From assembly GCF_009914755.1 (NCBI RefSeq), contig NC_060927.1: DNA of 64,000 bases; one strand, written 5' to 3'. This DNA comes from the human T2T-CHM13v2.0 reference genome, Homo sapiens. Both the position numbers and the translations under genes were made by a program. The notes under the pieces are model-generated. The model searched no databases. It was not told the origin of the DNA and was given only the letters and a program-made list of their open reading frames with translations. Below, one piece after another: positions 14,010 to 30,269 of the stretch (position 1 is the stretch's first letter; each line of letters starts with the position of its first letter).

Positions 14010-16007
14010 CAAAATCCTAGAAATAAATTTGCCCATGGTGGTAAAAGATCTGTACATTGAAAATTAAAAGACATGGATGAAAGAAACTGAAAACAAACAC
14101 ATAGAAAGACTTCCTATGTTCTTGGATTGGAAGAATTAATGTTGTAAAAATATGTATACTACCCAAAGCATTCTCTAGATCCAGTGCAACCCCTATCAAA
14201 ATTCTAATGGCATTTTTATAGAAATAGAGAAAAACTTTTAAACATTTATATAGAGCCACAAAAACCTCCAAGTAGCCAAGGCAATTTTGAACAAAAAGAA
14301 CAAAGTTAGAGGCATCATACTTCCTGATTTCAAACAATATTACAAAGCTGTAGTAATCCAACAGTATAGTACTGACATAAAAACCAGTTCATAGACCAGT
14401 GGAACAGAACTGAGAGCCCAGAGATAAACCCATGCATATATAGATAACTAATACCTAATAGTGAAACCAAGCATTCACAGTGGGCAAAGGATAGTTTCTT
14501 CAGTAAGTGGTGTTGAGAAAACTGGATATCCGCCTGCCAAAAAATAAAATAGGGCTCCTCTCTTACACTACTTGGAAAAATTAACTCAAGGTGGATTAAA
14601 GGTTTAAATGTAAGACTTGAAACCATAAAACTCCCAGGAGAAAACATTAGGAAAAAGCTCCTTTATGTTGGCTTTAGCAATGATTTTTTTCACAAAAGCA
14701 CAAGCAACAAAAAAATAAACATGTTGTACTACATTAAACTAAAAAGCTTCTGCATAGCAAAATAAACACTGAACAAAGTGAAAACACATTCTACAGAATA
14801 GGAGAAAATATTTGCAAACTACATACGTATCTAATAAGATTTTAATATCCAAAAATATAAGGAACTTATATAATGCAATAGCAAAAAGCTCACAAATAAT
14901 CCCATTTAAAAAATAGGCAAATGATGAATAGACATACAAATGGCCTACAGGTATATGAAAAAGTGCTCAACATCACACATCACAGAAATGCAAAGAAAAC
15001 CACGTTGAGATATCTTGTCACCCCTATTAGGATGGCCATTATCAAGAAACAAGAGATAACAAGTGTTTGTCAGGATGTGGAGAAAAGGGAATCCATGTGC
15101 ACTGTTATTGGAAATGTAAATTGGTACGGCCATTATGGAAAACAGTTTGGCAGCTCCTTAAAAAATTAAACATAGGACTGCCATATGATCCAGTAATCCT
15201 ACTACTGGGTATATATCCAAAAGAAACAACATCATTATTTCAAAGACATATCTGCACCTCCATGTTCATTGCAGCATTATTCACAATAGCCAGGACATGG
15301 AAGCAACCTAAGTATCCATCAGCAGATGAATGGATGAAGAAAAGGTGAGATTGATATCAAATACAATAATATAATAAAATATTCAGTCATAAAAATGAGG
15401 GGAATCCTTCTCTCTCACTGTCTTTTTGTATATTTGCATGTGTGTGCACACCCACATAGTAATGTGTAGTTCAGGGGAACACTCCAAGATAAGGAGGGAC
15501 CCTAGAACCATGAAGTACCATATACTTCTGGGCCCTGCTCCCTAGTGGGCTGAGGTCCATCACAGAGGATGGTACCTAAGCATGGGAGGTAGAAAGCAAT
15601 GGCTCTGTCCTGCTTCTCTGAGAACTGGGCCAAATCTACAGGCAAGAAATTTACAATTGTGGTAGTTCTTGTGCTAGGAGCCTTCTTGGATATTGTATGT
15701 TCTTTACAAGGTTGTATCCATTTGACTTTTTTGGGGGTATTGAGGTCCCTAAAAGATAAATTGTGAGGCCATCCTCAGAGGCAATTTGTGTGGATTTCAC
15801 TGGGTTTTTCTTTTCTCCTGCAACACCAATTAAGTGCTTTTCTTGGCTCTGTTGGATAAGGGACTGAGTTCCTGAGATTCAGAGTTCTTTGTGTTCTGCT
15901 TGGGAGTTCTGCCCTGGGTACCTCTCCAAACCCTTGACATTTATTGAGCACCAATTATATGCTAGGTAATATGCTTTATCTGGGAGTTTAAAATGCCAAA
16001 ATAGAGT

Positions 16008-16207
16008 ATATTAACCATATCTTTTATTTCCTGTATTCTGATCCTTTGACATCTGGAGACTTGCTGACCCTAAAGGGTCTGCTCCTTCAAGAATTTGCCC
16101 GTTCCTAGAGATAGTAAACAACTGGTCCAGGGAGTATGCCTTTCAAGTGCAAACCAATGAATCCAAAGCTCACACCCCAAACACCTCCTTTACGGAGCTC
16201 TCACACT
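16008..16207 (+). mobile_element. ERVL-class LTR fragment (MER74-like)
   Basis: tattaaccat..ttttatttcctgtattc..tttgacatctgg..ttgctgaccct..ttcctagagatagtaaacaact..tgcaaaccaa matches the MER74 5' part as recalled. Confidence 0.65.
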
Positions 16208-16214
16208 GAAGTGT

Positions 16215-16945
16215 AAGTCTTTTTGGATATAAAATTATGGGTTGATAGTCTTTTTCTTTCATTTTCTTTGAATATGTCAACTCACTACCTTCTGTCCTCC
16301 ACAATTTCTCGTAAGAGGTCAGCTGTTAACTTTATTGAGGATCACTTGTATGTGATGTGTTACTTTTTTTCTTCTTGAAAAGACAGAATTGAAAATATTC
16401 TGTCTTTTCTTTGGTTTTTGACAGTTTGACTGTGATGTGCCTAGGCATGGATCTTTTTGAGTTTATCCTACCTGGAGTTCTTCAAGATTTCTGGATGTGC
16501 GATTAATACTTTTCATCAAATTTGAGAAATTCTCCACATTATTTATTCAGATTATCTTACATCCCTTTTTAAGATCACTTCTGTTTTTCTGAGTCTTCCA
16601 TTAGAAATATTTCGGTGTGCTTGATGACCTTCCACAAGTTTCTGAGACTCTCTTCATTCTTTTCACATTCCTTTTTTTAATTGTTCAGACTAATCTGAAT
16701 TGATTTATCTTCAAGTTACCTGATTATTTCTGCCAGTGCAGATATACTGTTGAGCCCTTCTAGTGATTTTTTTAAAATTAGTTGTTGCACTTTTCAACTC
16801 CAGAATTTTAATTTGTTTTTTTTCATAATTTCTATCTCTCTATTGATATTCTCTGGTGATACATCATTCTTATACTTTCACTTAAGTCTTGAGACATGGT
16901 TTCTTTTAGTTCTTTGATAGTATTTATAATAACTTATTTAAAGCC
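16215..16945 (-). mobile_element. Ancient L1M ORF1 fragment
   Basis: ggatataaaattatgggttgatag..cactaccttctg..cagctgttaa..tttcatcaaatttgagaaattctc, typical of antisense old-L1 ORF1. Confidence 0.7.
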
Positions 16946-16984
16946 TTTGCGTACTTCTCTCAAGATAAGGGAGTAGAGAGCCTA

Positions 16985-17150
16985 GAGTTCAAACTCAACC
17001 TGGATTGAAGTCCCCTTCTTTGACTTCCATTGCCATTACATCTGGCAAGTAGTTTAATCAAGCTGAGAATCTGTTTTACCATCTGTAACATGGGACTATG
17101 ATTCCATCTTTCATAGTTTTACATGACATTATCCATAGCACTTACTGCCG
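16985..17150 (+). mobile_element. MIR fragment
   Basis: ggcaagtagtttaatc..ctgttttaccatctgtaacatggga MIR core. Confidence 0.55.
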
Positions 17151-19948
17151 TCTCCGATAAACCAAGGTACTATCCCCTCCCCCAAACTCCTCATCTCCCT
17201 CAGAATACATGTATTCAGTATCTTCTTGGCATGGAGGGAAGCAAAGACTAACAATGTGTGGCTCCTCATCTCACAGAGATCTGCCATTAGCAAACAGTTG
17301 CATGCCAACGGCATGAGATATGTCAAGGTGGAGGGGTGGGAAGCAGGAAAGGGGGCACCTAACTTGGTCAGGGAAGTTTTTTAGTGTATAATGCATATCC
17401 TGGCTCTGGGGAGTTGCCTAGGTGAAATGCCAAGGAGAGAGGCCTGAAGCACACAGTATTTGGAGGGAACTGCAGGGGGGTTGCCATGACTGGAATGCAG
17501 TCACATCCAGGGCAAGGGCAAGGGCAGGGGCAGGGGCATAGCAGGGGTCATTCAGACAGGAAGGGCCTAATACTGCAAGCCAGGAAGTTTGGTCTTTTCT
17601 CATTCCTGGGAAATCTCTTTAGCTAATGACGGTACTTCTAGACATCCTTACCCTGCCCTGAAAGAGGGAAGAAGGAGAGACCTGACACAGACTGAATAAT
17701 GTGCAGGTATGTGAGTGCCAGGAAGGACTGGATTAGGTTGTAGCAAGCACCATTGTTCCAATTTGTTCCATTCTTCCAAACTGACAGGTGTCATGGGAGA
17801 GAATTCTCAAATGATACAAATAGATTAATATTTTCGTTTAGCTAGAGCTAAGCCTGAGTTTACTTACTGATATTTTCTTCTGGCTATAGAACTGCCTTAA
17901 GGTTAATAAAGTCTTTTTTCTTTTTTTTTGGGTTTTACTTTTCTGTCTGTTTTAGGAAATATTTCTCTAAAAGGGCATTTTCACTTAGCATTCATGTTTT
18001 TTCCCATATCCTGTAAATGAAGGAAGTCAAAGGAAATCAAAATATAAACTTGGATGCAAAATCAGATTTAAATTTCTAGATTAAAAAATAACTGTTTTCA
18101 CCCCCTTTCTCTGTAGTTAACTTGTGTTTTTCCAATGAAAACATTAAATACAACCAGGCATTATTTTGAGCTTAATTTCAGCAGATGTTTCATTATTCCT
18201 TGTGCAAAGGGAAATGTGATCACAGGGCTTTCTTTGGGTCTCAGCAGTTACTTACACCAACTTATACTATAGTTCATGACGTAGTGACTGATGAGTAGTT
18301 CAGTATGGAATGAATGATGTCATGTCTTCAGGTTTTCTGATCTTAATTCCTGCCAAAGAAAAAATGAAGTGTATATACTAGCTGAGGATATTATTCTGTC
18401 CAGTCCATTTTCCCATGTAGGTGGGCTGTCAGACCAACAGGAGATTTACTGTGATTCAATGACACACGCCTCTGGGACCTTTCATTTCTCTGTAGCTGCA
18501 TCCTATGCTAGAAGGCAGTGAGGGTTATTCTAATTTGAGAAGCAGATACCTTTGGGAGAGGCAGATTGTATTTAGAAAACCCCCAAATAGGAACATTATA
18601 GAACACAGTGCTTGAATATGGCCCAATTAAGTTAGATCTTTTGGTTTAGCCAAGGGCTTCAAGTGTATAGAACTGTTTGCAATTTGGAATGCCAGTCACT
18701 TAAAATTTAAATAAATGTAGGCTTGTGATTTGAGTTCAACTTTGAAAACTGCATGGACTTTAGGGCTATCCTTTAAAAATAGTTTTTATTATGCATGGAG
18801 GAAAATCTTTAGTCAGCATGAGTTCTTCTTATAATCAATCTTTGAACAGCAGAGTGGGATGGCAAACAGGTTAGGAACATAAATTCAGGAGCCAAACGTC
18901 TTCAACTTGTAGCCGTTTACTTGCCCAGTGACAGTGGTCAACTTAATTTAACTGTCTTTCGACTCGATTTCTCTCAATTAAAGAAGAGAAAATATAGTAA
19001 CTATAAAAGGGTTCTTGAGAGACTTTAGAGCAGAGCCTGCCAAAATAACACATTCCACAAAAAATGATAGCTACTATCATTATTATTAATGATTATCATC
19101 ATCATTAACATCACTGAGACCTGTATAGTTGTCTAATGGAGATAGTGTTTTCAGAGGTTGTGATGATGTGTAGAAATTATGTCTGAATTATCTAGAATTA
19201 TTTTTTAATTTTTAAAAACAATTTCAAGTGTTATTAGCATGAAGAGAATAATAATAAACAGTGCTTACTGAGTACCAAGCATTATATGTGTATGCTATAA
19301 TATATATAAAATATATAGAAAAAACTGAACCCAGTACAGTTGTATATCTTGAAAAGGTGACTGCAGCTGTCACACACCATAGATGCTTGAAGCTATTATT
19401 TAAGATATTTTTGTATCTCTGCATAGTTGGGCCTGGAGTTTCATTTATGAAATAGAGACAACTGATGAATTTTTTCTAATCTTCCAGCTTTATTTTTAGA
19501 AATCATATTATTTTTCATTTGCTTTTTTCTCCTAATGTGAATAGCATAAATAGTGCTTCTGATTATAAAGTTAATGAATACTTACATAGAGAAATGTAAA
19601 GACTATTATTGTCTTAATAATTCCAACAGTCTCTATACGCTTTCGGTCTGATTTTTCTTTCTTTCTTTTTTTTAAAGATCATTGTCTCTTACTGTATTTA
19701 TGTCAAATGGAAAAAATGTAAATATTTCTTTATTATTATTATTATTATACTTTAAGTTTTAGGGTACATGTGCACAATGTGCAGGTTAGTTACATATGTA
19801 TACATGTGCCATGTTGGTATGCTGCACCCATTAACTCGTCATTTAGCATTAGTTATATCTCCTAATGCTATCCCTCCCCCCTCCCCCCATCCCACAACAG
19901 TCCCCAGAGTGTGATGTTCCCCTTCCTGTGTCCATGTGTTCTCATTGT

Positions 19949-23791
<3,843 letters not shown>

Positions 23792-23839
23792 TTATTTTGC
23801 TCATTCGTTCATGCAGTTTCTTCCTAGCCTCGATGGTCT

Positions 23840-24856
23840 TTACATTTTGGCATGATTTTGCAGTGGTTGGTACCGGTTGTTCCTTTCCATGTTTAGTGCT
23901 TCCTTCAGGAGCTCTTTTAGGGCAGGCCTGGTGGTGACAAAATCTCTCAGCATTTGCTTGTCTGTAAAGGATTTTATTTCTCCTTCATTTATGAAGCTTA
24001 GTTTGGCTGGATATGAAATTCTGGGTTGAAAATTCTTTTCTTTAAGAATGTTGAATATTGGCCCCCACTCTCTTCTGGCTTGTAGAGTTTCTGCCGAGAG
24101 ATCTGCTGTTAGTCTGATGGGTTTCCCTTTGAGGGTAACCCGACTTTTCTCTCTGGCTGCCCTTAACATTTTTTCCTTCATTTCAACTTTGGTGAATCTG
24201 ACAATTATGTGTCTTGGAGTTGCTCTTCTCGAGGAGTATCTTTGTGGTGTTCTCTGTATTTCCTGAATCTGAATGTTGGCCTGCCTTGCTAGATTGGGGA
24301 AGTTCTCCTGGATAATATCCTGCAGAGTGTTTTCCAACTTGGTTTGATTCTCCCCGTCGCTTTCAGGCACACCAATCAGACATAGATTTGGTCTTTTCAC
24401 ATAGTCCCATATTTCTTGGAGGCTTTGCTTGTTTCTTTTTATTCTTTTTTCTCTAAACTTCCCTTCTCGCTTCATTTCATTCATTTGATCTTCCATCACT
24501 GATACCCTTTCTTCCAGTTGATCGCATCAGCTCCAGAGGCTTCTGCATTCTTCACGTAGTTCTCGAGCCTTGGTTTTCAGCTCCACCAGCTCCTTTAAGC
24601 ACTTCTCTGTATTGGTTGTTCTAGTTATACATTCTTCTAAATTTTTTTCAAAGTTTTCAACTTGTTTGCCTTTGGTTTGAATGTCCTCCCGTAGCTCAGA
24701 GTAATTTGATCGTCTGAAGCCTTCTTCTCTCAGCTCGTCAAAGTCATTCTCCATCCAGCTTTGTTCCATTGCTGGTGAGGAACTGCGTTCCTTTGGAGGA
24801 GGAGAGGCGCTCTGCTTTTTAGAGTTTCCAGTTTTTCTGCTCTGTTTTTTCCCAAT
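23840..24856 (-). pseudogene. L1 ORF1, start codon mutated and internal stop
   Basis: Sense reads aaagATTggg where the consensus has aaagATGggg. A TGA at 24527-24529 splits the frame (ORFs 24527-24769 and 23840-24499, ending ..QNHAKM). Confidence 0.9.
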
Positions 24857-25880
24857 CTTTGTGGTTTTATCTACTTTTGGTCTTTGATGATGGTGATGTG
24901 CAGATGGGTTTTTGGTGTGGATGTCCTTTCTGTTTGTTAGTTTTCCTTCTAACAGACAGGACCCTCAGCTGCAGGTCTGTTGGAGTTTGCTAGAGGTCCA
25001 CTCCAGACCTTGTTTGCCTGGGTAACAGCAGCGGTGGCTGCAGAACAGCGGATTTTCATGTACCGTGAATGCTGCTGTCTGATCGTTCCTCTGGAAGTTT
25101 TGTCTCAGAGGAGTACCCGGCCATGTGAGGTGTCAGTCTGCCCCTACTGGGGGGTACCTCCCAGTTAGGCTGCTCGGGGGTCAGGGGTCAGGGACCCACT
25201 TGAGGAGGCAGTCTGCCCATTCTCAGATCTCCAGCTGCGTGCTGGGAGAACCACTGCTCTCTTCAAAGCTGTCAGACAGGGACATATAAGTCTGCAGAGG
25301 TTACTGCTGTCTTTTTGTTTGTCTGTGCCCTGCCCCCAGAGGTGGAGCCTACAGAGGCAGGCAGGCCTCCTTGAGCTGTGGTGGGCTCCACCCAGTTCGA
25401 GCTTCCTGGCTGCTTTGTTTACCTAAGCAAGCCTGGGCAATGGCAGGCGCCCCTCCCCCAGCCTCGCTGCCACCTTGCAGTTTGATCTCAGACTGCTGTG
25501 CTAGCAATCAGCGAGACTCTGTGGGCGTAGGACCCTCCGAGCCATATGTGGGATATAATCTCCTGGTGTGCCGTTTTTTAGGCCTGTCGGAGAAGCGCAG
25601 TATTAGGGTGGGAGTGACCCGATTTTCCAGGTGCTGTCTGTCACCCCTTTCTTTGACTAGGAAAGGGAACTCCCTGACCCTTTGTGCTTCCCGAGTGAGG
25701 CAATGCCTCGCCCTGCTTCAGCTCGAGCACAGTGTGCTGCACCCACTGCCCTGTGCCCACTGTCTGGCACTCACTAGTGAGATGAAGCCGGTACCTCAGA
25801 TGGAAATGCAGAAATCACCCATCTTCTGCGTCACTCATGCTGGGAGCTGTAGACCAGAGCTGTTCCTATTCGGCCATCTT
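24857..25880. promoter_or_regulatory. L1 5'UTR: sense promoter (- strand) and antisense promoter (+ strand, same direction as MYRIP)
   Basis: Intact primate L1 5'UTR. The bidirectional promoter is established for this family; activity of this copy is not shown by the sequence. Confidence 0.6.
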
Positions 25881-25943
25881 AGGTCTGATTTTTCAACAGT
25901 ATGTGCCTGGTACTTTCAGAAGGTGTTGAATGAACATTTTTGA
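25440..25943 (+). CDS. L1 ORF0-like antisense ORF, extended to 167 aa
   Basis: ATG at 25440 gives MAGAPPPASLPPCSLISDCCASNQRDSVGVGPSEP.. (ORF0 N-terminus). The frame stays open past the element end into flanking DNA. Expression unknown. Confidence 0.5.
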   Translation: MAGAPPPASLPPCSLISDCCASNQRDSVGVGPSEPYVGYNLLVCRFLGLSEKRSIRVGVTRFSRCCLSPLSLTRKGNSLTLCASRVRQCLALLQLEHSVLHPLPCAHCLALTSEMKPVPQMEMQKSPIFCVTHAGSCRPELFLFGHLRSDFSTVCAWYFQKVLNEHF

Positions 25944-26168
25944 AAATACAAATGTATATATATACACAGAGGTGTATATATATATACATTTGTATGTATA
26001 GACATGTACATATATATCTTTTTTGCTTCTATTTACTCACCAGCAAATAATAGTTTCTAGCTCCTTATGTCTATGACAATGAATTGGATCAATATACATA
26101 AATTTGTATTTTTTGTAGCAAATTGACTTTGATGAAAAATACTACAACTTCTTTTAAAATATTGTTTG

Positions 26169-26561
<393 letters not shown>

Positions 26562-27428
26562 TTAGTTTTAAATATGAAGAACATAAAGTCAGTTGTTATC
26601 CTTTCTTATTCTAACTTGAGAGTCATTTTGGGGAAATGTTTTTATTTCATTTATATAATAGCTCTTATAAATTACCTGTTGGTCTTATTTGTTTGTCTTA
26701 TTTTTTTCTGCAAATCCCAACATCTGGGTTATCTCAGGGTCTGTTTCCTTTTTCTTTGACCTTGGGTGACTTTTTTTTTTCTATTTCCTCACATGTCTAG
26801 CAATTGTTGATGGTATATTGAACATTGTGGAGGATATAGTACAGACACTCTGGTTTCTGTAGTTTTCTTTCTCCTAAAGTGTATTGAGTTTTCTTTTTTA
26901 AGGCAGTTAAATCATCTTCATTGTATAGAGCTTCATTTTACATTTTGTTAGAAAGGAGCTCTTTCAGATTTTGTCGTTAGACTTATGGTGAATATCTTAA
27001 TCCTGGGACATAGTGTGTACTCATAAAATGTGGTTCTTCTCTGGTTTCATAGGAAAGCTTGAGATATTTATTAAGACCCTCTAACTTGTTGGCCTTCAAC
27101 TCCACACTCTTCTTTCCTGTGAAGGGCAGCAGCTGAAATCTCTGCTCAGATTTTTCACGGTTCACTGGCCTCCTTGGCATCTCTCCCACACACACACACA
27201 GGTCTGGGATCAGACAAGGATTTGAAGGAAATTTGTAGGTAGATTTTTTAGCTCTTCTCTGGGACTCCTTTCTTTCTGGGTTCCCACTACCACCTCAATT
27301 TCCAGCCACCCTGGCAACACTGAACTTCATTCTCTGATACTTCATGACTTCTAGCCACACAAACTGGTGACTGTTTTCATTGAAGAAGCCTTATAAATAT
27401 GGATCTTACCCAGTGCATATGGTTCCCC

Positions 27429-27607
27429 TTTTTATTATTATTATTTTTTTAATTTTATTATTATTATACTTTAAATTTTAGGGTACATGTGCACAACGTG
27501 CAGGTTTGTTACATATGTATACATGTGCCATGCTGCTGTGCTGCACCCATTAACTCGTCATTTATCATTAGGTATATTTCCTAATGCTATCCCTTCCCAC
27601 TCCCCCC
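27429..27607 (-). mobile_element. Short 5'-truncated L1PA 3' end
   Basis: (tta)n tail followed by tactttaaattttagggtacatgtgcacaacgtgcagg..ctaatgctatccc. Confidence 0.92.
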
Positions 27608-27929
27608 AGGGTCAAATTCCTCAAATATTTGTCATCTTTTGGCTTCTCTCTAGTGCCTTCAATTACTTATTTTATATTTTTCCATAGTTTATAATTGTTA
27701 TCTGCAGAAGGGCTAATGTACGCAATCTAGTTTTCCATTGCTGGAAATCACTTGGAATAACTCAGTTTTAAAGCTGCATTTTAAACTTTGTTGATGTTGT
27801 ATAAAAAATGATAAAAGCTGCATAATTTTCTAAGGAGTAGGCATTCTCAAATTTATTCAGCCATTTCTTCATTGAGAAAAATTCAACTTTGTTTTTATAT
27901 TTCTTTCCAGTGAAAACAATGCTGATGCT

Positions 27930-28170
27930 AAGAGGCCTCCCTGGAACCAGACAGCTTGGTTCATTTCATATTAGTATCTCCTACTTCATAAATGTGTTAG
28001 CTTCAACAAGTTACTTGGTCTTTTTTTGCTTCTATTTACTCATCTGCAAATAATAATTCTTTCTAGCTCCTTAGGTCTGTGACAATTAAATGGATCAATA
28101 CACATAAATATTTAAGCAGTTCTTTACCCATAGAATGCAATAAATGGTAGCACATTTTGTTGTTATTATT
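27930..28170 (+). mobile_element. MIR
   Basis: ggaaccagacagcttggttc..caagttactt..tttactcatctgcaaataata..caataaatggtagc. Confidence 0.6.
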
Positions 28171-29969
28171 TATCCCAGGTGTTCTGAAATTTTCTTTGAT
28201 TGATATATTTTGATGTCATATTTCATTCATTGTGTTGGAGACTCAGTGGGTCCTTTTAATCTGGAAATTAGCATTTCTCAGTTTGAGGAATTTTTGCATA
28301 ATTTTAAAAATAATTTATTCTTCTCAATCCTCTCTGTTGTCTCTTTCTATATCTCTTTTAACTTTCTTCTTTTTACTATTTTCTCTTTGTTTGTTTTGGG
28401 GAAGTTGCCTCAATTTTATCTTCCAAGCTTTCTATTGAATTATTTATTGTCATTATGTTTTCAACTTCCATAAGTTTATTCTTGTTCACTAACTATTTTT
28501 TTAATTTAGCATCCTGTTTCTTTTTCATGGATAAAATCAGTATCTTCTGACATACCTAGATATCATAGGATTGTTTTAGGTTTTCTTCAACTCTGAGCAT
28601 TACACCCATTTCTTCTGTTATCCTGTTAGTTTTGTTCTTTGTCTTTCAAGTTGGAGTTTTCCTCAAATATCTGATAATCTTGGGCTGTTTACTCATATTT
28701 AAGAATAAGCAATAAAATGCTGATTGGAGGCACCTTAACAAGTGGGGAGATTGGGGTTCACCATAGAATAAAGCAAGCTGTTTCCTTGCTGCTCCCCAGT
28801 TGTGAAAATTACCAGTTAGTAATATCTCCAGGGCTTTCATTTAAACGTATCAGTTTTTTCCTCAAAGAAATGTTTTAGTCTGCTGCTCAGGTATAACCTA
28901 AATGCCACTATCTTGGGAAACAAGTACGGACAGTGAGTCAGAGGCCTCAATGTTCTTGATGTCGATTTTTAATGAATCTTCCTATTTTTAGTGTGACATT
29001 ACACTGCTCAGCTATGCCTAGTGTCTTTAAATCCAGAGCCTCTCTAGCCCAGTCTCTCCTGAGAGGAAGTTACCTTTCTGCTTCACCCTTTATCTTCATT
29101 TTTGGAGGACCCTGGTGACTCCTGATATTTTAACCTTTTTAGCTCTTACCGAACAAATAGCCATTATCTTGTTGCATTTCTACTCTGTAAGCTTAGATTT
29201 CAGTTTTTTTCACTATACCAAGTCAGTTTTCCTTCCTACGTACTTCCATCTTTTAAAATTTTGTTGACATTCTTCTTCTTCTTGTCTTTTTTTCTCGTTT
29301 CTTCGTCCCTGAGCATTTTTTTAAATGACTTTTGAGGGTTTTTTTCCCATCTTTTTTCTAGAGTTTTGAGAGACAGCATAGGAAATGAATGTTTTAATCC
29401 AATACATTTTACTAGAAGTATTTTTGTTAAAATTAATCCTTAGCATTTTATAATATTTAATCTGATTTATGAATATTAAACCTGATATGTGAACATGCTC
29501 CCTTTTTTCTTGTTAGCTTTTTTTTAGTGAGCTGTAGTATAATGAGTGATGCACTGAAGTCATCCTTTGCAATTTGAAGACCCATGGGTTTATGATCATG
29601 AAAGGTGGAAGTGGTTGGTGTTTTGCATGTTAATTCTTTTCCCTGTGGCCTAGTTTCAGTTTAGATGCTCAGAGCAGATTTGATCCTCTCCAAAATATCC
29701 TTCCCTTTTGCATCTCATCAAAGGATATATTAGGCTTGTACGTTGGGCAACTTTGCATGTCCAGCTGGACACAAATCTTATCACCAGTCTTAAGATAGTT
29801 TGCAAAGGTGGGTATCAAAATAGAGATTTAGAACCCACAAATGACATTTAAAATTATTTTAAATATTATTTTAATTTGTCTATTTTTGTCAGAACACAAT
29901 TATGCATCATTTCTGGCTGACTGATTAATATGACTTTGAATAATTTTAACTAGGCTCAGTTTTCCTCAG

Positions 29970-30175
29970 TGGCTAAGAGCATGGTCTTTGGAGGCAGTTA
30001 AGCTGGATGATCTTGGGCATGTTATTTACTTTCTCACAGCTTAAATTTTCTTCTTTGTAAAAGAACGTTAATAATAGTACCTGCTTCCTAATGTTATGAG
30101 GAATACATTAGTTAAATATGCAATGTGCTTAAAACAGTGTGTGACTTCTAATAAATATGGTATGTTTGCTATTAC
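29970..30175 (+). mobile_element. MIR
   Basis: gtggctaagagcatggtctttggag..cttgggcatgttatttac..ataatagtacct..gtgcttaaaacagtg. Confidence 0.7.
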
Positions 30176-30269
30176 ATACTTTGAATTAGGAATACAGGGT
30201 TGGACAATCCAAGGACCATAATCATATAACCCTCCCCACTGCACCTGCCCCCCCTCCGCATTAATATAG

